Of a stretch of DNA of 64,000 nt, positions 1-13,964 are shown piece by piece. The DNA comes from Aplysia californica (taxonomy: Eukaryota), in contig NW_004797298.1 in the NCBI RefSeq assembly GCF_000002075.1, positions 1,617,255 through 1,681,254 on the forward strand. The letters run 5' to 3'. The notes under the pieces were generated by a model. The model was not told the origin of the DNA. It did not search any database and saw only the letters and a program-made list of their open reading frames with translations. Each line of letters starts with the position of its first letter. Within the stretch, counting starts at the first letter, position 1. The position numbers and the translations under genes were made by a program.

Positions 1-2
1 TG

Positions 3-59
<57 letters not shown>

Positions 60-2560
60 CCAAACTCTCTCCCTCCCTCTTTCCCTCACATCCAAGCTAT
101 AAACAATAATTGAATATCCTTGCCATTTTAGTTAGTATGATCGAGCGTGTGGGTTCAGTATGTTGTGTTTGTTTGTGGGTCATTGACTCGCCGTCGACAG
201 CAGTCACCGGGATAGGGGCAAGGCTTTCTTTGAGCTGAACTGAGGATATCTAAGGATTATAACGGAATGTAGACTTTGTTACTCGTTGTAATATTATGCT
301 GGTGATGAGATTTTTCCATAACAAACCACGTCCTGCTGTCTGTTTGAAAACGTTTCTTTCAACAACACTTAAAATAAATGAAAGCGTTTTTATGACCTCA
401 TCGACACAGTTTGGATAATTCAGGAGGCGGGCTTCTGATCCTGCCTGCCTGGTTCAATCTGATTTGAGAAGAATACAGCATCCCTGTAGAAAACTGAGAT
501 ATTCCAATTAAATGCTTCCCCCCCCCCCCACTTGGGAATTGAATTCTGTTCTCCCTCGTGCGACGGAGAAGCACCAAACCGCTACGCCACTGACGCCGGT
601 GACCCTGAGATGAGACGAACAAAAATAAAACAACAACAATAAAATTGAGAACAATTCTTTTATTGTTGAGATATGACTGTGATTTGAATCACGAACTTCC
701 GCGTGTCAGATTAGCTACATCACAGCTGCTGGCTAAAATCGGAATTAAGAGAGGTAACGACCGTTTAAAGAGCGAGGCGAGTGAATATAGGCTACTCCTT
801 GGCTCCTTCTTATTGCTGAGCTGTCTTTCAGCCACACCCCTAATCTTCTGGTAGGAAAGATCTACACCTGTCTTTCTCGCACAAGGGCAAAAAATTTCGG
901 AGGTCCCGTGTGCAAGTTGCGCACGTTAAAGATCTCTTGTTAGTCCAAAAATTGGTAAGAGTAGGTTTCGGCTGCCACCCGAGCTAAATTAAAAAAATTC
1001 CTACCAAATGAAAATTTGTAATGTTTAATTATGTGTCCCATACGCTTATATGCTACTAAAAATAGGCGGAATTAAGAGAGGTAATAACCGTTTAAAGAGC
1101 GAGGAGAGGGATTTTAGACCGTCTCGACGAACATTATCGGGGTTTGTGGTGTACTGGTTAGGTGTTCCGCCGTGGCACGCAGATGGTTTGTGTTCGATTG
1201 TCCATATGTGGACAATTTTTATCGAGAGATATCCAGGTCGCTCTGCTGAGACGTTGTATTTTTCTTAGTTCAGATTGACCCCGAGAGGCAGGGACGAATC
1301 CTACTTCCTTAATGATCCAGATTGTAACTATAGGCCTAGGGGTGTATAAACACCTACATTGACAGACATTTCTCCGACTCATGTTCCCTGACACGCGGAG
1401 CCTGGCCTGAATCTTATCTTGTACATCTGCCGCAACGGAAACATTGTTTAAAAGAGACGGACATTTGTAGAGTCAAGATGATCCGGACATCCCTAAAAGT
1501 AAAAAAAAGGTAGATTAGATGAACAGAACGTACTGCAAGGAAAAAGTTACTGTATTGCGGTGTAACGTAAAGAATACAGTTTCATCCTTTGTGCCCTTGT
1601 TAAAAGTACAGCTGAAACTGTGTTGTATGAACGAATGTTATTTAAAGAGTTGCCCGTGTCAAGAAAGAGGATAGAAGAAAAAGATCTCAAAATAACCGCT
1701 CAAAAAACTTAGAAAAATAGATGGATCAGAAGAGCACAAAATTGTTAGAGAAAGTAAAGTGGTAGGAGTAGGCAGAGAATACAAGCGCAGTAGTGTGGCT
1801 GGCCAACACAACGAGGAGTGATACTGTTGGAATAAGTTACAGAATTGGAGGAGTTCATTCTGTTTTCTCAATAATTTAATATCCTTAAAAACTAATAAAG
1901 TTGTGTAGGGTTTTGTGTTACTGCTTTGATTTTCATTCTATCGTCGTGTTCGGGGGGGGAGGCGGAAAATCAAAAATCAATACGATGTCATGCTGGAGCA
2001 GACGGGTCTGGTTCGCATCCCCAATAGGACGCTCTGAACCCGGTTTGTTTTGGGGGATTATTTAGGTTTTCCACCAATTTGGCTTGGTCCTATGGGAGAT
2101 GGATGTTAAATGTGGAATTCCCGCTTTTCAATTAATAATATTTAAGTCACGTAAAGTAGAGGGCATTTAAACCAGTTCGTTGACCGATAATTAAGTGAAA
2201 AACAAACTACATGTACAACAATAATAACAACAACAACCACAAACATTTCTGTAGTGAAAGTAAACCATCTTTAAAACAGATGAGCATATCAGCCCAGCTG
2301 CGACAGTTCATCGCTCGCTGTATTGCGTCAGTAGGTATAACTGACTAGACCAACCAACGTACAGGAGGTTGGCCTTTCGAATCGCGCGGAATTTACAGTC
2401 CACCTCCACAATCTACTATCTAGTGGGGCCTCGAAAGCGAAGAAATATATCATAATATTATATCAAGAGGGATCCATTTTTGTCCCCCACTACCACTCAG
2501 CGCCATTTCCTGCTAGATCTATGTCTCAAGCACTACACTTAGTCCTGAAAGCACCTTTAA

Positions 2561-2858
2561 CTCTTAATGTAGGGAAGGCTATTTCACTTTAGTACGCTGC
2601 CAACCTTTTCGTCTTCTTTTTCAACAACACAAACTTCAATTCCTTCTATATCTCCTCTCCTGGATAACCAATTTGAATAGAGTCTATATTGTAACACCAA
2701 ACTGAGTGGCAACGGTGATACAAGCAATAAACGTACAATCTGATTGTTGATAATTTGATGTATTTGATGGGGTTTTGTAGAGGTTTAAAAAAAAACAACT
2801 GATGTAAACGTACGGGCAACGCATGCTCCAGCCGAACTGGCGCTCTATACTCTAAGAG
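2561..2858. mobile_element. Probable TTAA MITE
   Basis: TTAA-CTCTTA ... TAAGAG-TTAA. Confidence 0.5.
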
Positions 2859-4099
2859 TTAACTCAATGAGGTTGCGCATTTTCTGGTATTTCGACGAGC
2901 TGAAATGTGCCACTTTAAGCAAGGAAGCAGGTCTTAATAACGTATGTAGTTCTTTCAGCAGTTTTGTCTTAATCTGAAATTTTACAAAAGCCGGCCACTA
3001 CACGCATGCTATAAAATACAATGTATGCAAATGTGTATTAGACGTCAGATTGGCAGCCGCTTTCTCGCTAATTTTTCCTTTGGCACCAGGTGACACCCCC
3101 TCCCCCCGAAAAAACAACAACGAGAACCTCCTTCAATTGCAAATATCTCAACTTCTTTTCTAGATAAGTGGGTCTTTTTTCGTTCAAAGGAAGTCAAAAG
3201 AACTAGCGTTAAGATGTCACCAATAACTCCATAGTATGCCCCAAAACTGACGAGCACCTGATTCCACCGCGTCACGACACATATATCTAATGGTAGTGGC
3301 GTCCAGGGCTGAATCAAATTGGATACTCAATGGTTGGTCTGCATGTTGGTAAAATTTTGGTGTAAAATAAAAAAAAAAACGTTGGGTTTTTTTTTGCATT
3401 AAAAAAAAGCACACACCAAAATGGGAGGGCTGTGGGATTAAAAACATAAAGAACGTAAAAGAAACATGCCTTTGACATAATAAAAAACAATATGTTGTTC
3501 AATGAGTAAGTTTTTGTTTTGTTTTGTCTTTGGGATTTTTATTTTGTTGGCCAATTTAGAACGTTGATAAGTTTTTAAAAAAAAGTTTATATTATACTTT
3601 CATGAACTGTTTAGTCCCCAGGCAGCTTAATTAACTGTTGTAAGGGGTAACAATTTCGAGACCACCAACATAACTCACATAACTGTGGTAAATATCTCGC
3701 ATGGTCCGGGAAATACTCTGCAGATGTATTGACGTAATGGCTAGGCTCTTTACCGTGCATGCAAAAGACACGTGTTCCAACCCCACTGGGTTTGCTGTTT
3801 TTATGGAGTATAAGGCTACCTTCGATTTTGTGTACGCCATGCGTCACATCCCGCCCCTCTCTCCCCTCCCCCTCCTCGAATACGTTCGGGTGTAGGCAGA
3901 GTTGAAGGAGTATGCTTTTTAATGTGTCAATCATGCCACCAAGTGGCTCATGGCATTTTACATGATGTTCTCGCTAGCAATTTTGTGTTTTTTGTGCCAG
4001 GACAGAAAGAACCGTCATCCCAATGTGACTTCTGTGCTGTGTGGTGATATTTAAAGGCAGCTTGTGTTCTGTGCATGTAGTTATGTATAATTTATTAAA

Positions 4100-4146
4100 G
4101 GAGAAAGAGAGGGAGGGTGAGAGAGACACACACAAACACACACACA

Positions 4147-4180
<34 letters not shown>

Positions 4181-4483
4181 NNNNNNNNNNNNNNNNNNNN
4201 NNNNNNNNNNNNNNNNNNNNNNNNNNNNNNNNNNNNNNNNNNNNNNNNNNNNNNNNNNNNNNNNNNNNNNNNNNNNNNNNNNNNNNNNNNNNNNNNNNNN
4301 NNNNNNNNNNNNNNNNNNNNNNNNNNNNNNNNNNNNNNNNNNNNNNNNNNNNNNNNNNNNNNNNNNNNNNNNNNNNNNNNNNNNNNNNNNNNNNNNNNNN
4401 NNNNNNNNNNNNNNNNNNNNNNNNNNNNNNNNNNNNNNNNNNNNNNNNNNNNNNNNNNNNNNNNNNNNNNNNNNNNNNNNNNN

Positions 4484-4541
<58 letters not shown>

Positions 4542-4640
4542 AGAGAGACATGACAGAACAGATAGACACATTGAAAGAGAGAGACAGAGAGGGAGAAGAG
4601 ACAGCGAGACAGAGAGAGCCGAGACAGAGAAAAAGAGAAC
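4100..4640. repeat. (CA)n/(GA)n microsatellites flanking an assembly gap; similar tracts at 1-56 and 13720-13962
   Basis: Seen directly in the sequence. Confidence 0.9.
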
Positions 4641-4645
4641 ATAAT

Positions 4646-6262
4646 CAGGGCTTGAATTAGGTGTTCAGGAGGGCAGGCAAAAATTGCCTCGGTGGGGCGT
4701 AAAAATCAGAGGGCACCGAGGCAATTTTCTAAGGCACCAAGGCAAAAATTATAGGTGATAATTTTGTTGATTAAAGTTGGTAATACTGGATCGTGCATCA
4801 CAACGTTTATATAAATAACAATACAATTTATTCTTGCTTTCAACAAAAGTATAGAGTTATCGGAAAATGGTAAAATCATTAATGAAAACTAAGTAAATTG
4901 CTATATCTAGATGATCAGAATATTGAAAATATGTTGGCACACACAATATAGAAAAAGACTGGCTTACTGTTTGTCCCTTATGGGAAAACACAAGTGATTT
5001 TAAAAAATATCACCAGAGAATATGATTTCAGGGAATAGTGCTGCTCTGCTGTATTATCATGGCGTCTATTTGTGAGACATATCTCTTGCCACTTGGCAAT
5101 GCAGGGTTCTGGGTTGAATTGTTTGATCCCAGGACCATTGGGACGTATTATATAAGCATGATCTTTGCAAGCATATCTCTGAAAAGCAAATGCCTTCAGT
5201 CACCAAGGATACGCCTCTTCAAAGAAAACAGGGATTGTATGAGCCAAATGAGACAGATTGGGAAATTTCTTTGCTTTTTTCAAGACTGAACTTGTCTTGT
5301 TCTCACTCAGAGGTAATAAGTCCTGACTTTCGAGGAGAAACATGAGCCACACTGTCTTTACTTTCAGTGTTGAGCATCCTTGGTGTTGAAGCACAGTCTC
5401 ATAATGAGCTATCAAGTCATCCATCTGTGCCTCACCATATTCTTTCAACTCATCCATTTTGTCAGTTCCAGGCACATTTGTCCAGTCAAATGCCCCTGCA
5501 CTCTTCAAAACTTTATCTTCTGATGTGCCAGAAAATCTTTCTTCGAAGCACAGCACCAGCTTATCCAACACATCTTTCATGTTTGTAATTATCACACTTG
5601 CACTTTCTCTCACATCTGAAGTCTTCTTTTTCTTTTAGATCTTTTTTCAGACACTGCTGAGATTTGGTTAATGTGAGTGTGTTTGCACCTGGCATGACAA
5701 AATGGACACAATGGTCAAGCTGAGCAGTGTCTGACTGAAGCTTTGATGAGATTTCAGACGTCTAACAGGATGTCTTCATCCCCCCCCCTCTCTCNNNNNN
5801 NNNNNNNNNNNNNNNNNNNNNNNNNNNNNNNNNNNNNNNNNNNNNNNNNNNNNNNNNNNNNNNNNNNNNNNNNNNNNNNNNNNNNNNNNNNNNNNNNNNN
5901 NNNNNNNNNNNNNNNNNNNNNNNNNNNNNNNNNNNNNNNNNNNNNNNNNNNNNNNNNNNNNNNNNNNNNNNNNNNNNNNNNNNNNNNNNNNNNNNNNNNN
6001 NNNNNNNNNNNNNNNNNNNNNNNNNNNNNNNNNNNNNNNNNNNNNNNNNNNNNNNNNNNNNNNNNNNNNNNNNNNNNNNNNNNNNNNNNNNNNNNNNNNN
6101 NNNNNNNAAACAAATATAGATTTATTTTCGTGGCATTTTAAAAAACCCAAAAAACAAGGGCACGGCAAAAATTGCCGCGGTTAACCCTTTGATTTTAATA
6201 TGGGCATTACGGCAAATTGCAAAGGCACCAGGGAAAATTGCCGCGGTCTATTTCAAGCCCTG
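4646..6262 (-). mobile_element. Degenerate hAT-type DNA transposon relic (spans an N gap)
   Basis: TIR CAGGGCTTGAA(T/A)TAG, 14/15 match; internal - strand ORF 5200-5613 (FEERFS...YGEAQMDDLIAHYETVL...FPNLSHLA) resembles a ZNF862-type hAT transposase C-terminus; no clear TSD. Confidence 0.7.
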
Positions 6263-6813
6263 ATGTTACAGATTCATAATGGAAATCCTTAGATCCAGCA
6301 TTCTCATCCCCTCTATCTGGCATGTGGTGTGGTGGTTAGGTGCTTTGCTGTTACACACAGAAGCACCCACCATCTCCATAGGTTTTGATAGGATAAGAGT
6401 GGGATATTATTAGTAGTACATATGAAACAAGAGCAAAACACCATTCTATGCAGTGTGCCATGTCCCAGCGCAGGCCATTGGGTGTTGCCAGGCACCATGT
6501 TTGTGTCGTAAGGAAAACATTATTAAGGGCACAAAGGATCTTCTTTTGCTTTTCACTTTTGAATGTGAGTTGACTTTTGGTTCTTCATTAGTCTCTAGGT
6601 CTTGGAGTCTTGATTGTTGATGGAATAAGTAGTATTATTTTGTCAAAAATTTTCTCCTGAAAGACCCTCCCTCATTGTTAATGTAATAAATTACCTTTCC
6701 TGTTTTTTTGTGAGCACAAGACAACTTTTCCTAGGGAGAACACAATTTTTTAATTTTTAGTTCTGAACATGCCACATTGAGGTGATGTATAAAATCTTCT
6801 TTTCTCTTCACAG

Positions 6814-6906
6814 ATCAGAACTTGTGTGCAGAGTAAAGTACAACAATACTTTACCGGACATTCCGTTTGACCCAAAATTCATCACTTATCCATTTGAATC
6901 TAACAG
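6814..6906 (+). CDS. PAF1: PAF1 coding exon ([31 protein letters not shown])
   Basis: ttcacag acceptor, AG/gtaag donor, PAF1 N-terminal motif. Confidence 0.95.
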
Positions 6907-9900
6907 GTAAGATTCAGGGCTGTACGAGGAAACAAAGGCTGCAGTAACTTAGCTTTCAATATCGTAACCCGTTAAATGCTGCAGGTAAATAGGCCCCTGT
7001 GCCGGGGGAAATCCCAAGAATCAAGACGGTTGGGGTGACCCCACTCTACCTTCCGTAAATTTTTTATTTATGAATATTTCCTCATGAATTTCTTCATGTA
7101 CATTCTACATTAAACCATGTTTCTTTGTTATAATTTTAGGGTATTTCATTGAGAGATAGATGGTGTAACATAAGAGTTAGTAACATGATGCCAAAAACAC
7201 CACCACCAAACAACATAAACAACACATATTCGAGTAATGATAAACTGAGACTCAAAAAAGGGGAAAACTTGTGTTAGTGTCTGCAGATAAAGAGGCTTTT
7301 CCTACCTTATACAACTCTTGTACAATCCTAGATGTACGTATGTAAGCCCATCTGTGTTTACTGCCAATAATTCATTTTTGTGCGGTCGATGTGTTACAGA
7401 TCTAGTTCTAATCTTCTCTTTGAGCTAAAATCGTAACCTGACGCTTTCAAGTTGGGGGGAAAAATAGTGATAAACATAAACCCCAATAGTCATTACGAGA
7501 TTTTAACAGTAACTTCCCTTATAATTGGTATTAAAACAACCTCTGTGATCACAGTCCCTTAAATTCTACGGGCCAGGTGAAGAGGTTAAGAATAGAACAT
7601 TCAATCGTTGTAGCCATGGTACATTGTAATGTGATTATGCTTTTCTTCTGATTTTGAGTCTTGAAAAACTGCTTTGTGCCTTAAGGAAAAATCGTGTACA
7701 GAATGTATTTGTGTGATGATGTTGTGGAATAGGCGCTCGTCAATTTTTGGGCATATGGGGTTATTGGTATCATCTTAAAACCTGTTCATTTGCCTTCCTT
7801 TCGGTAAAAAAAATATCCATCTATGTTGAATAGATTAGAAGTCAAAATGTTTGCAATTGAAGAAGGTCAGGGTCGCCTGTTTTCAGAAGTAAAATTACCG
7901 AGAAAATGGCCACTAAAATTTGTTAACTTCCATCGCCTGAGAGTCCTTGGAAACTGACAATACCCCCCGGGGCAGTGCCACTGACTGAAGTGTCTTAAGG
8001 CCATTCCCAAAGGGGCGACATTTCTCGTTCAAGCATAGTAGAATTGTAAATGGGCTGACTCATGTCACGCTCATAACTGTGCCTGATCTACAACAGGGAA
8101 CTGCTGCTTTTTCTTTCCTGATTCTTACTAATGTGATTTTCCTCTACTTCTTTTGTATGTTTGTGACTTTCTTGTGGCCTGCTATTTTGGGGTGCCTTGA
8201 TAGTCGAAGCAGACCTTGTCCTGTTGAAGCTAGAGAGGTGAATAGTCTAAGTCTGATTCCTTGTAAAGACTTCTCTGTTGACACCTACCCCTTGGCGCTC
8301 ATATGACCTTATGCAGTTGCCAGCGCTGTAAAAACCCTCTACAACAACAACGAAAAAAAACCCTGACAATTAAAATTTTTTCTTCCTTTAATCAATATTT
8401 TTAAAATAGTAAAATCCACACCATAATGTGTTTTTTAATGGACATAAAAGGTGTTGAGCCAAAAAAAGAAAATACAAAAAAAAATTGCCCTTTGGACAAA
8501 AAAATGCAGATTTCTTTGATTTCATTATTTTGACGAGCGCCCGATTTCACCACCATGCCTCACATTTGCTTTATTATACAAATTTTAAGCAATAATATTT
8601 AACTGGATTCCTAGTTGCCTCTTTTATTTTTACAGATCATCAAAGGCTTGTTGTCTTGTGTATGATGGAAACTCTTAGGGAATGTACTCCAGTCTACAAT
8701 CCTGTAGTACTTTTCTTTTTTTGTTTAATTTTATGACAATTTGACTGGTATTTTTTTTAACAAAAATTGTTTCCTCTATTTACTGTTCATGAAGACTGCA
8801 GCTTGTGTAGTGATTTAAAATATGTATTATTCACAATGTTATCAATTCAGATCATCGAAAAATTGAATGGGCTTATTGATCCCATTAAAAAAAAACCCCA
8901 CAAGCAGTCCGTGGAGTAGCAGATTGAAAATTTGCATTGCAGAAAAAGTGATGGAACATGTAGTATTTTATGTTTAACAGCAGTTTGCTTTGATTTCAGG
9001 TTCTACACATACAAACCAACTTCTTTAGAGAGGTCATTTAAGTATGACCTTCTCACAGAGCATGACCTGGGTGTCGGCATTGACCTCATCAACCCTGACA
9101 CATACAAGATTGACCTCAATGGTGAGAAGCTCAAGTGGCTTTGCTTGCAAGATTTTTTTGGGGGGTCATATTTGGTAAAAGTATAGCTTCTTTTTTCAAA
9201 ATGCAATCCAGTGTCACAGTGGGTGTCAGCTTATGCCCTATAGGAATGGGAAACAGTGGGCTGTGTTCACTGTGATGCATGAAGAAGACTGGGAGGAGTT
9301 TTGCTTTGACTGTTTCTAAGAAACTTCTTGTGGATGTAGAGCTTCCTTGTAGTCTTACATCTGGATCTACTGCTGTATAGAGTTAGTAAATTTTCTGCCC
9401 CTATGCAGACAAATCTACTATAAATGGTTCTATTTTTACTGTTTGTCCTGCTTTTAATTTTTAATTATTTTTTTGGGGGGGGCCGAGAAAGGAATGTATT
9501 TCCTCACTTAAGACTTTTGCAAAAAAATGTTCTTTTGTAGATGTTCATGATAAAATGTCACTATTTGTGGTAGCTGTATCAATTCAATTTTTACTTTTGA
9601 GAATTGAAGAACAGGCTGATTCCTGATGTCACATTGCTTTTTAATTAATATATCTTAACAAAAGAATTGTAGTTTTTAAAAAAGCTTATCATGTTTCTCT
9701 ACATATGATATTTTTTAATGTGTATGATGCCTCTTGTAGCTTTTCCAAGACCTGAAGATCAAAGACTTTTAATCAGTGTTTCCACTCTTCCGTTTTTTTA
9801 ACGGAAATACTTGTTCCTTCATCATTATCAACTCCCTCCGTAAAAAGCTGCAACAGCGTAGACTACAGAAATTCCGTAGCAAAAGATCCGTACTCGCCTT

Positions 9901-12900
9901 CGTATCGTCTAGTGCTAGTATAAGTTACGGATATTTACAGTAATTCTCTCTGCAATAAGTTAATGTTATAGAAACCTGCCAGATTGCGCATTTCCTGCAA
10001 TCGGCCATTATTCTGCTATGCCCCATGCATTCATTACGGGCTTGTCGTCAGTACATTTTTACCTGTGGATTGATCGAAATCTGGCAAACTTTTGGTGTCA
10101 ATTTCCTCCTTTCTATCGTTCGTCATTCACTCATTCCATCTATGGTCTATCTTCGGATTGTTGCCGCGGCTGGAAAATCTGCGTTTTGATAAAATAGATT
10201 GACTTATGATCTTAGACAGAAAATTACTGTCGCTATCAGAAAGAAACTTTTTTACAAATTTGTCTAGATCTAGAGAAATGATCAATACGAAGATTCTACG
10301 GCTCGGGAATGCGATAAGGGCCACGATGAAAGAAATTTATGCTAAAACCAACCTAAAACTACTAAGTCAAGAATAATTCGAAGTGGTATTCCGAGGTTGT
10401 TACATGCGACATTCAGGCGTGAAATTTAAGGAAAATTAGGGTATTCCCGGAGTAACTGTATTGTGAAGGTACACATCTATTCATTATTCCCAGGTTTGCC
10501 TTCTATCAATGGTGCGAAGACAAATTAATTGAATTATAGTAGCAATGGAAGGGGAACCTGCTTTTAAACATTGCCATCCATGGAAATATATTATGCAGAT
10601 CTTGGAGAAGAAATTAAACAAGACAAAATGTTGGTGAAAAAATAAATGTTATGGTTTGCAGGCAATCTCTTCAAACAGGCTCCCAAATGCCATTTTCAAC
10701 CCTCTAAAAGCACTAAATTACAATTTCTTCAGGGGCTTCGCCCCCCCCCCCCCCCCCCCCCCTGAACCCCCACCGGGACGCTGTCCTTGGACCCTGCTAT
10801 GGGCTCAGGACCCCCGGCACAATTTTCCTTTTCTTTTCAGCTTCAGCTGGTGGAAGCACTGTTTAATATAGAAAATGAAAGTGAAGAGAGCAGAAAGATA
10901 ATTTTTTTTCTTCCTTACTATTGTTCATATATGCATGACAATTACTTAAGATTGTGAAAATATTCTAGAAGCACCAGCAATGTGGTTTCCTCTGAGCCTT
11001 TAGAATCATGAAAGGAAAAGAAATCAAGTGAGGTTGTGCTGAAAGAAGCCTGCGTGGAACTCTCTCAGAAAAACAATTAGGAAGAGATGTATGCAGTTTA
11101 AGCAGAAGGCAAAAGTGGCATAGGTGGACCAAGAACAACTGACTTTGAGAACTCGAAGGGATGGGCAAAAGAGAAAGGCTAGGATAACATGTTCTAACTT
11201 AGTAGAGAAGTGAGCTGACTGTCCATGTCTTTTTCAGACCTGTCACTTTATGGTGGTGATTGTTTATTTGTCTTTTTTTTGTGTGTCTTGCTTTTGATAG
11301 CATATCCTGAACCTGAAGATGAAAGGCTTCTGGAGGAAGACCTCAACACACCTGGTGATTCAAAAAGGTGAGGAAGAATGTCTGTGGCTTAGGTATATAT
11401 ACACACATATGATGTGGAATGCATAAAGATAGAAATCATACTGCTGGATGTACACAGGGTTGCCTTTTTTCCTTTCTTTTCTGGAAAGTGAAACATTAGT
11501 CTTTCTTCTACAAACTAATATTATAACGCGGTGTAGGTGATATTGCACTCCATTTCTCTTTATTAGAATTTTCTTTCCTGAAGCATTATCTACCTGTTTA
11601 ACTTTCTTTTTTCTGCTTGGTGCTTTGCTGTGTGTGTTTCAGATCAAGACATCACAATACCAACGTGTCTTGGTTGCGGAAGACTGAGTACATCTCCACA
11701 GAGTACAACAGATTCATACAAAAAGCTGACAAGTCAGAGGCCAAGTAAGAGACTGAAAACTGTTTTTACTTCATTGTGGGTATTGCTTTCTTGTGATTTC
11801 GTTGACGATTACTTCAATGTTAACTTATTGCGCTTGGAGTTAATTTTAACTGATTTGCCCATTAGAGCCTGCACTAGTATTAATTTACAACGGAACGTCT
11901 TGTGCAAGAGGGTACTTTATTCAAATTTTGACTCTGCCTCCATATGTTTTCAACAAAGGTCGAACCTAACGTGATGGCCACCTCTACAAACAGCCACTTT
12001 TCTTTTCCTCCCTTGCATATTGTCTATATAATTTCACTGTGTAAAACGACCACTTGTCCACCGCGGCCACCATACTTTAACACACAACCCCTATCTCATC
12101 AAACAATAACACCTGTCTTAGATGACCACCTTTTTGGTAACTAGATTACGTTTTGTCATAAATTATGCATTTGCCCCTGGTGTTGTGGGGGGGTCGCCAT
12201 AATCCAATCACCTGTCGTCGTTGTTAGGTAGTCCCTCCAACTGATCATGTTGCTTTGGCCCCTTCCGCTGTTGACCAATAGGTAACAAATTTTCAGCTGC
12301 TGGTGAGGTAAGCGTGTAATCCCTCATAACCCATAAGCCCCGCCCAGAACTCATACACAAATTGTAAGTGAGATGACTGGTCACTGTTTACCCAGTCTGT
12401 AACAAAGTAATAATGGATATTTTAACGTGGCATTCGGTCTTACTTGTCTGACACGGTTCATTTTATTGTCACCTTTGCGCAAAATCAGCGGCAAAATTTT
12501 AAAAAGCAAGCAAAAAACAAACCAACGAAAACAACAACAACAATGCGGCTAACTTCTGTTGGGACCCTAGACGGGAGTAATTTTTTTCTTCATCTTGATC
12601 AGTCCTGCATAAGACAGCCACTTTTCTCCTTGACAATGTATGGCTGTCTTATACAGGTTCGACTGTATATAGTTGATACTACTGGAAAAGTAACCGAATG
12701 AACAATAGAGGAGTTGGGTGATGTTTTTTGTTTTTATGTAAGAGCAAATAAGCCCTGAAGGAGAATAATTATTGAAAAAAATCATTAATCTGACTTGCTT
12801 TATGCGTTAAACCCAGCATACCGTCACCATTATCCATGAAATCCAGACTAATATACTGGAGAAATGTTTACATGTAAATCCTCTGTGCAGCTATAAAGGT

Positions 12901-13904
12901 AGTTTAATTTATTGTGTCTCTGAAAGTACAGTAAAAGACATCAGAATGAGTTCTTAACTTGATAAAGTTTCATCAAAAAGGTATTGCTGTAAACTATTTT
13001 TGTGTAAATATGACAGACATATAAGATTGGCTATGTTTTTTCATCCATATCTCATATATTCTCTGTTTTTTTTCTCTTTTTCTTTGACTTCTTATGGTGT
13101 TTTTCTACTTTTTGTTACTGTAGTAATCTATGTGAAAAGGAATTTAAGATCAGACTTCTGTGAAGTGCTGATGTAATGAAAACTAACTTCTTGCTGTTGC
13201 ATTTAATTTTTTTTTAAAGATGATAAAAATCGTTTCATCTTCTCTTGATCTTTTTTCTCAGGGTTGGTTTCAAGATCAAACAGATCATGAAAGAAGAAGA
13301 TCTTTACAAAGACAGAGAAAGTCAGATTGGTGCAATTAACAGCACGTTTGAAAAAGCAAAAAATCCAGTAAGTGTTTGTTCGTACTCAAAAGTAAATGTG
13401 AAAATAAAGGAAATTCTTTATAATATGTGTCATGACTCGATGGAATAAGGTGCACATCTATTTTTGGGCATGTTAAGTTATTGCTTTCATATAAAAGCTT
13501 GTTCATTTGTCTTGCTTTTGATGACAAAAATACCCATCTATCTTGAATAGAAGTTGAGATATTTTCCTTTCATGGAGGTGGGGGTCTCCTGGTTTCAGAG
13601 GTAAAATTGGTGAGAAAATGGATGACTTCCAACGCTTGAGAGTCCTTGGAAGCTAAATTTGAGTTTTTTGTGCATTAATTAATATTTATCATTGAAATTT
13701 TTTGACTGTCAACATACACACTCTCTCTCTCTCTCNNNNNNNNNNNNNNNNNNNNNNNNNNNNNNNNNNNNNNNNNNNNNNNNNNNNNNNNNNNNNNNNN
13801 NNNNNNNNNNNNNNNNNNNNNNNNNNNNNNNNNNNNNNNNNNNNNNNNNNNNNNNNNNNNNNNNNNNNNNNNNNNNNNNNNNNNNNNNNNNNNNNNCTCT
13901 CTCC

Positions 13905-13964
<60 letters not shown>

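Noticed and set aside
3933-4024. ATG CCA CCA at 3933 and a possible 24-nt micro-exon at 4001-4024 as the PAF1 N-terminus
   Set aside because: The ATG frame stops after 10 codons with no good donor. The micro-exon has a good acceptor and the right phase but a weak donor and no recognisable homology, so it is left uncalled.
3974-6168. Long ORFs rich in ER/SL/X (also 13675-14154 and 54927-55854)
   Set aside because: Artefacts of (GA)n/(CA)n microsatellites and N gaps
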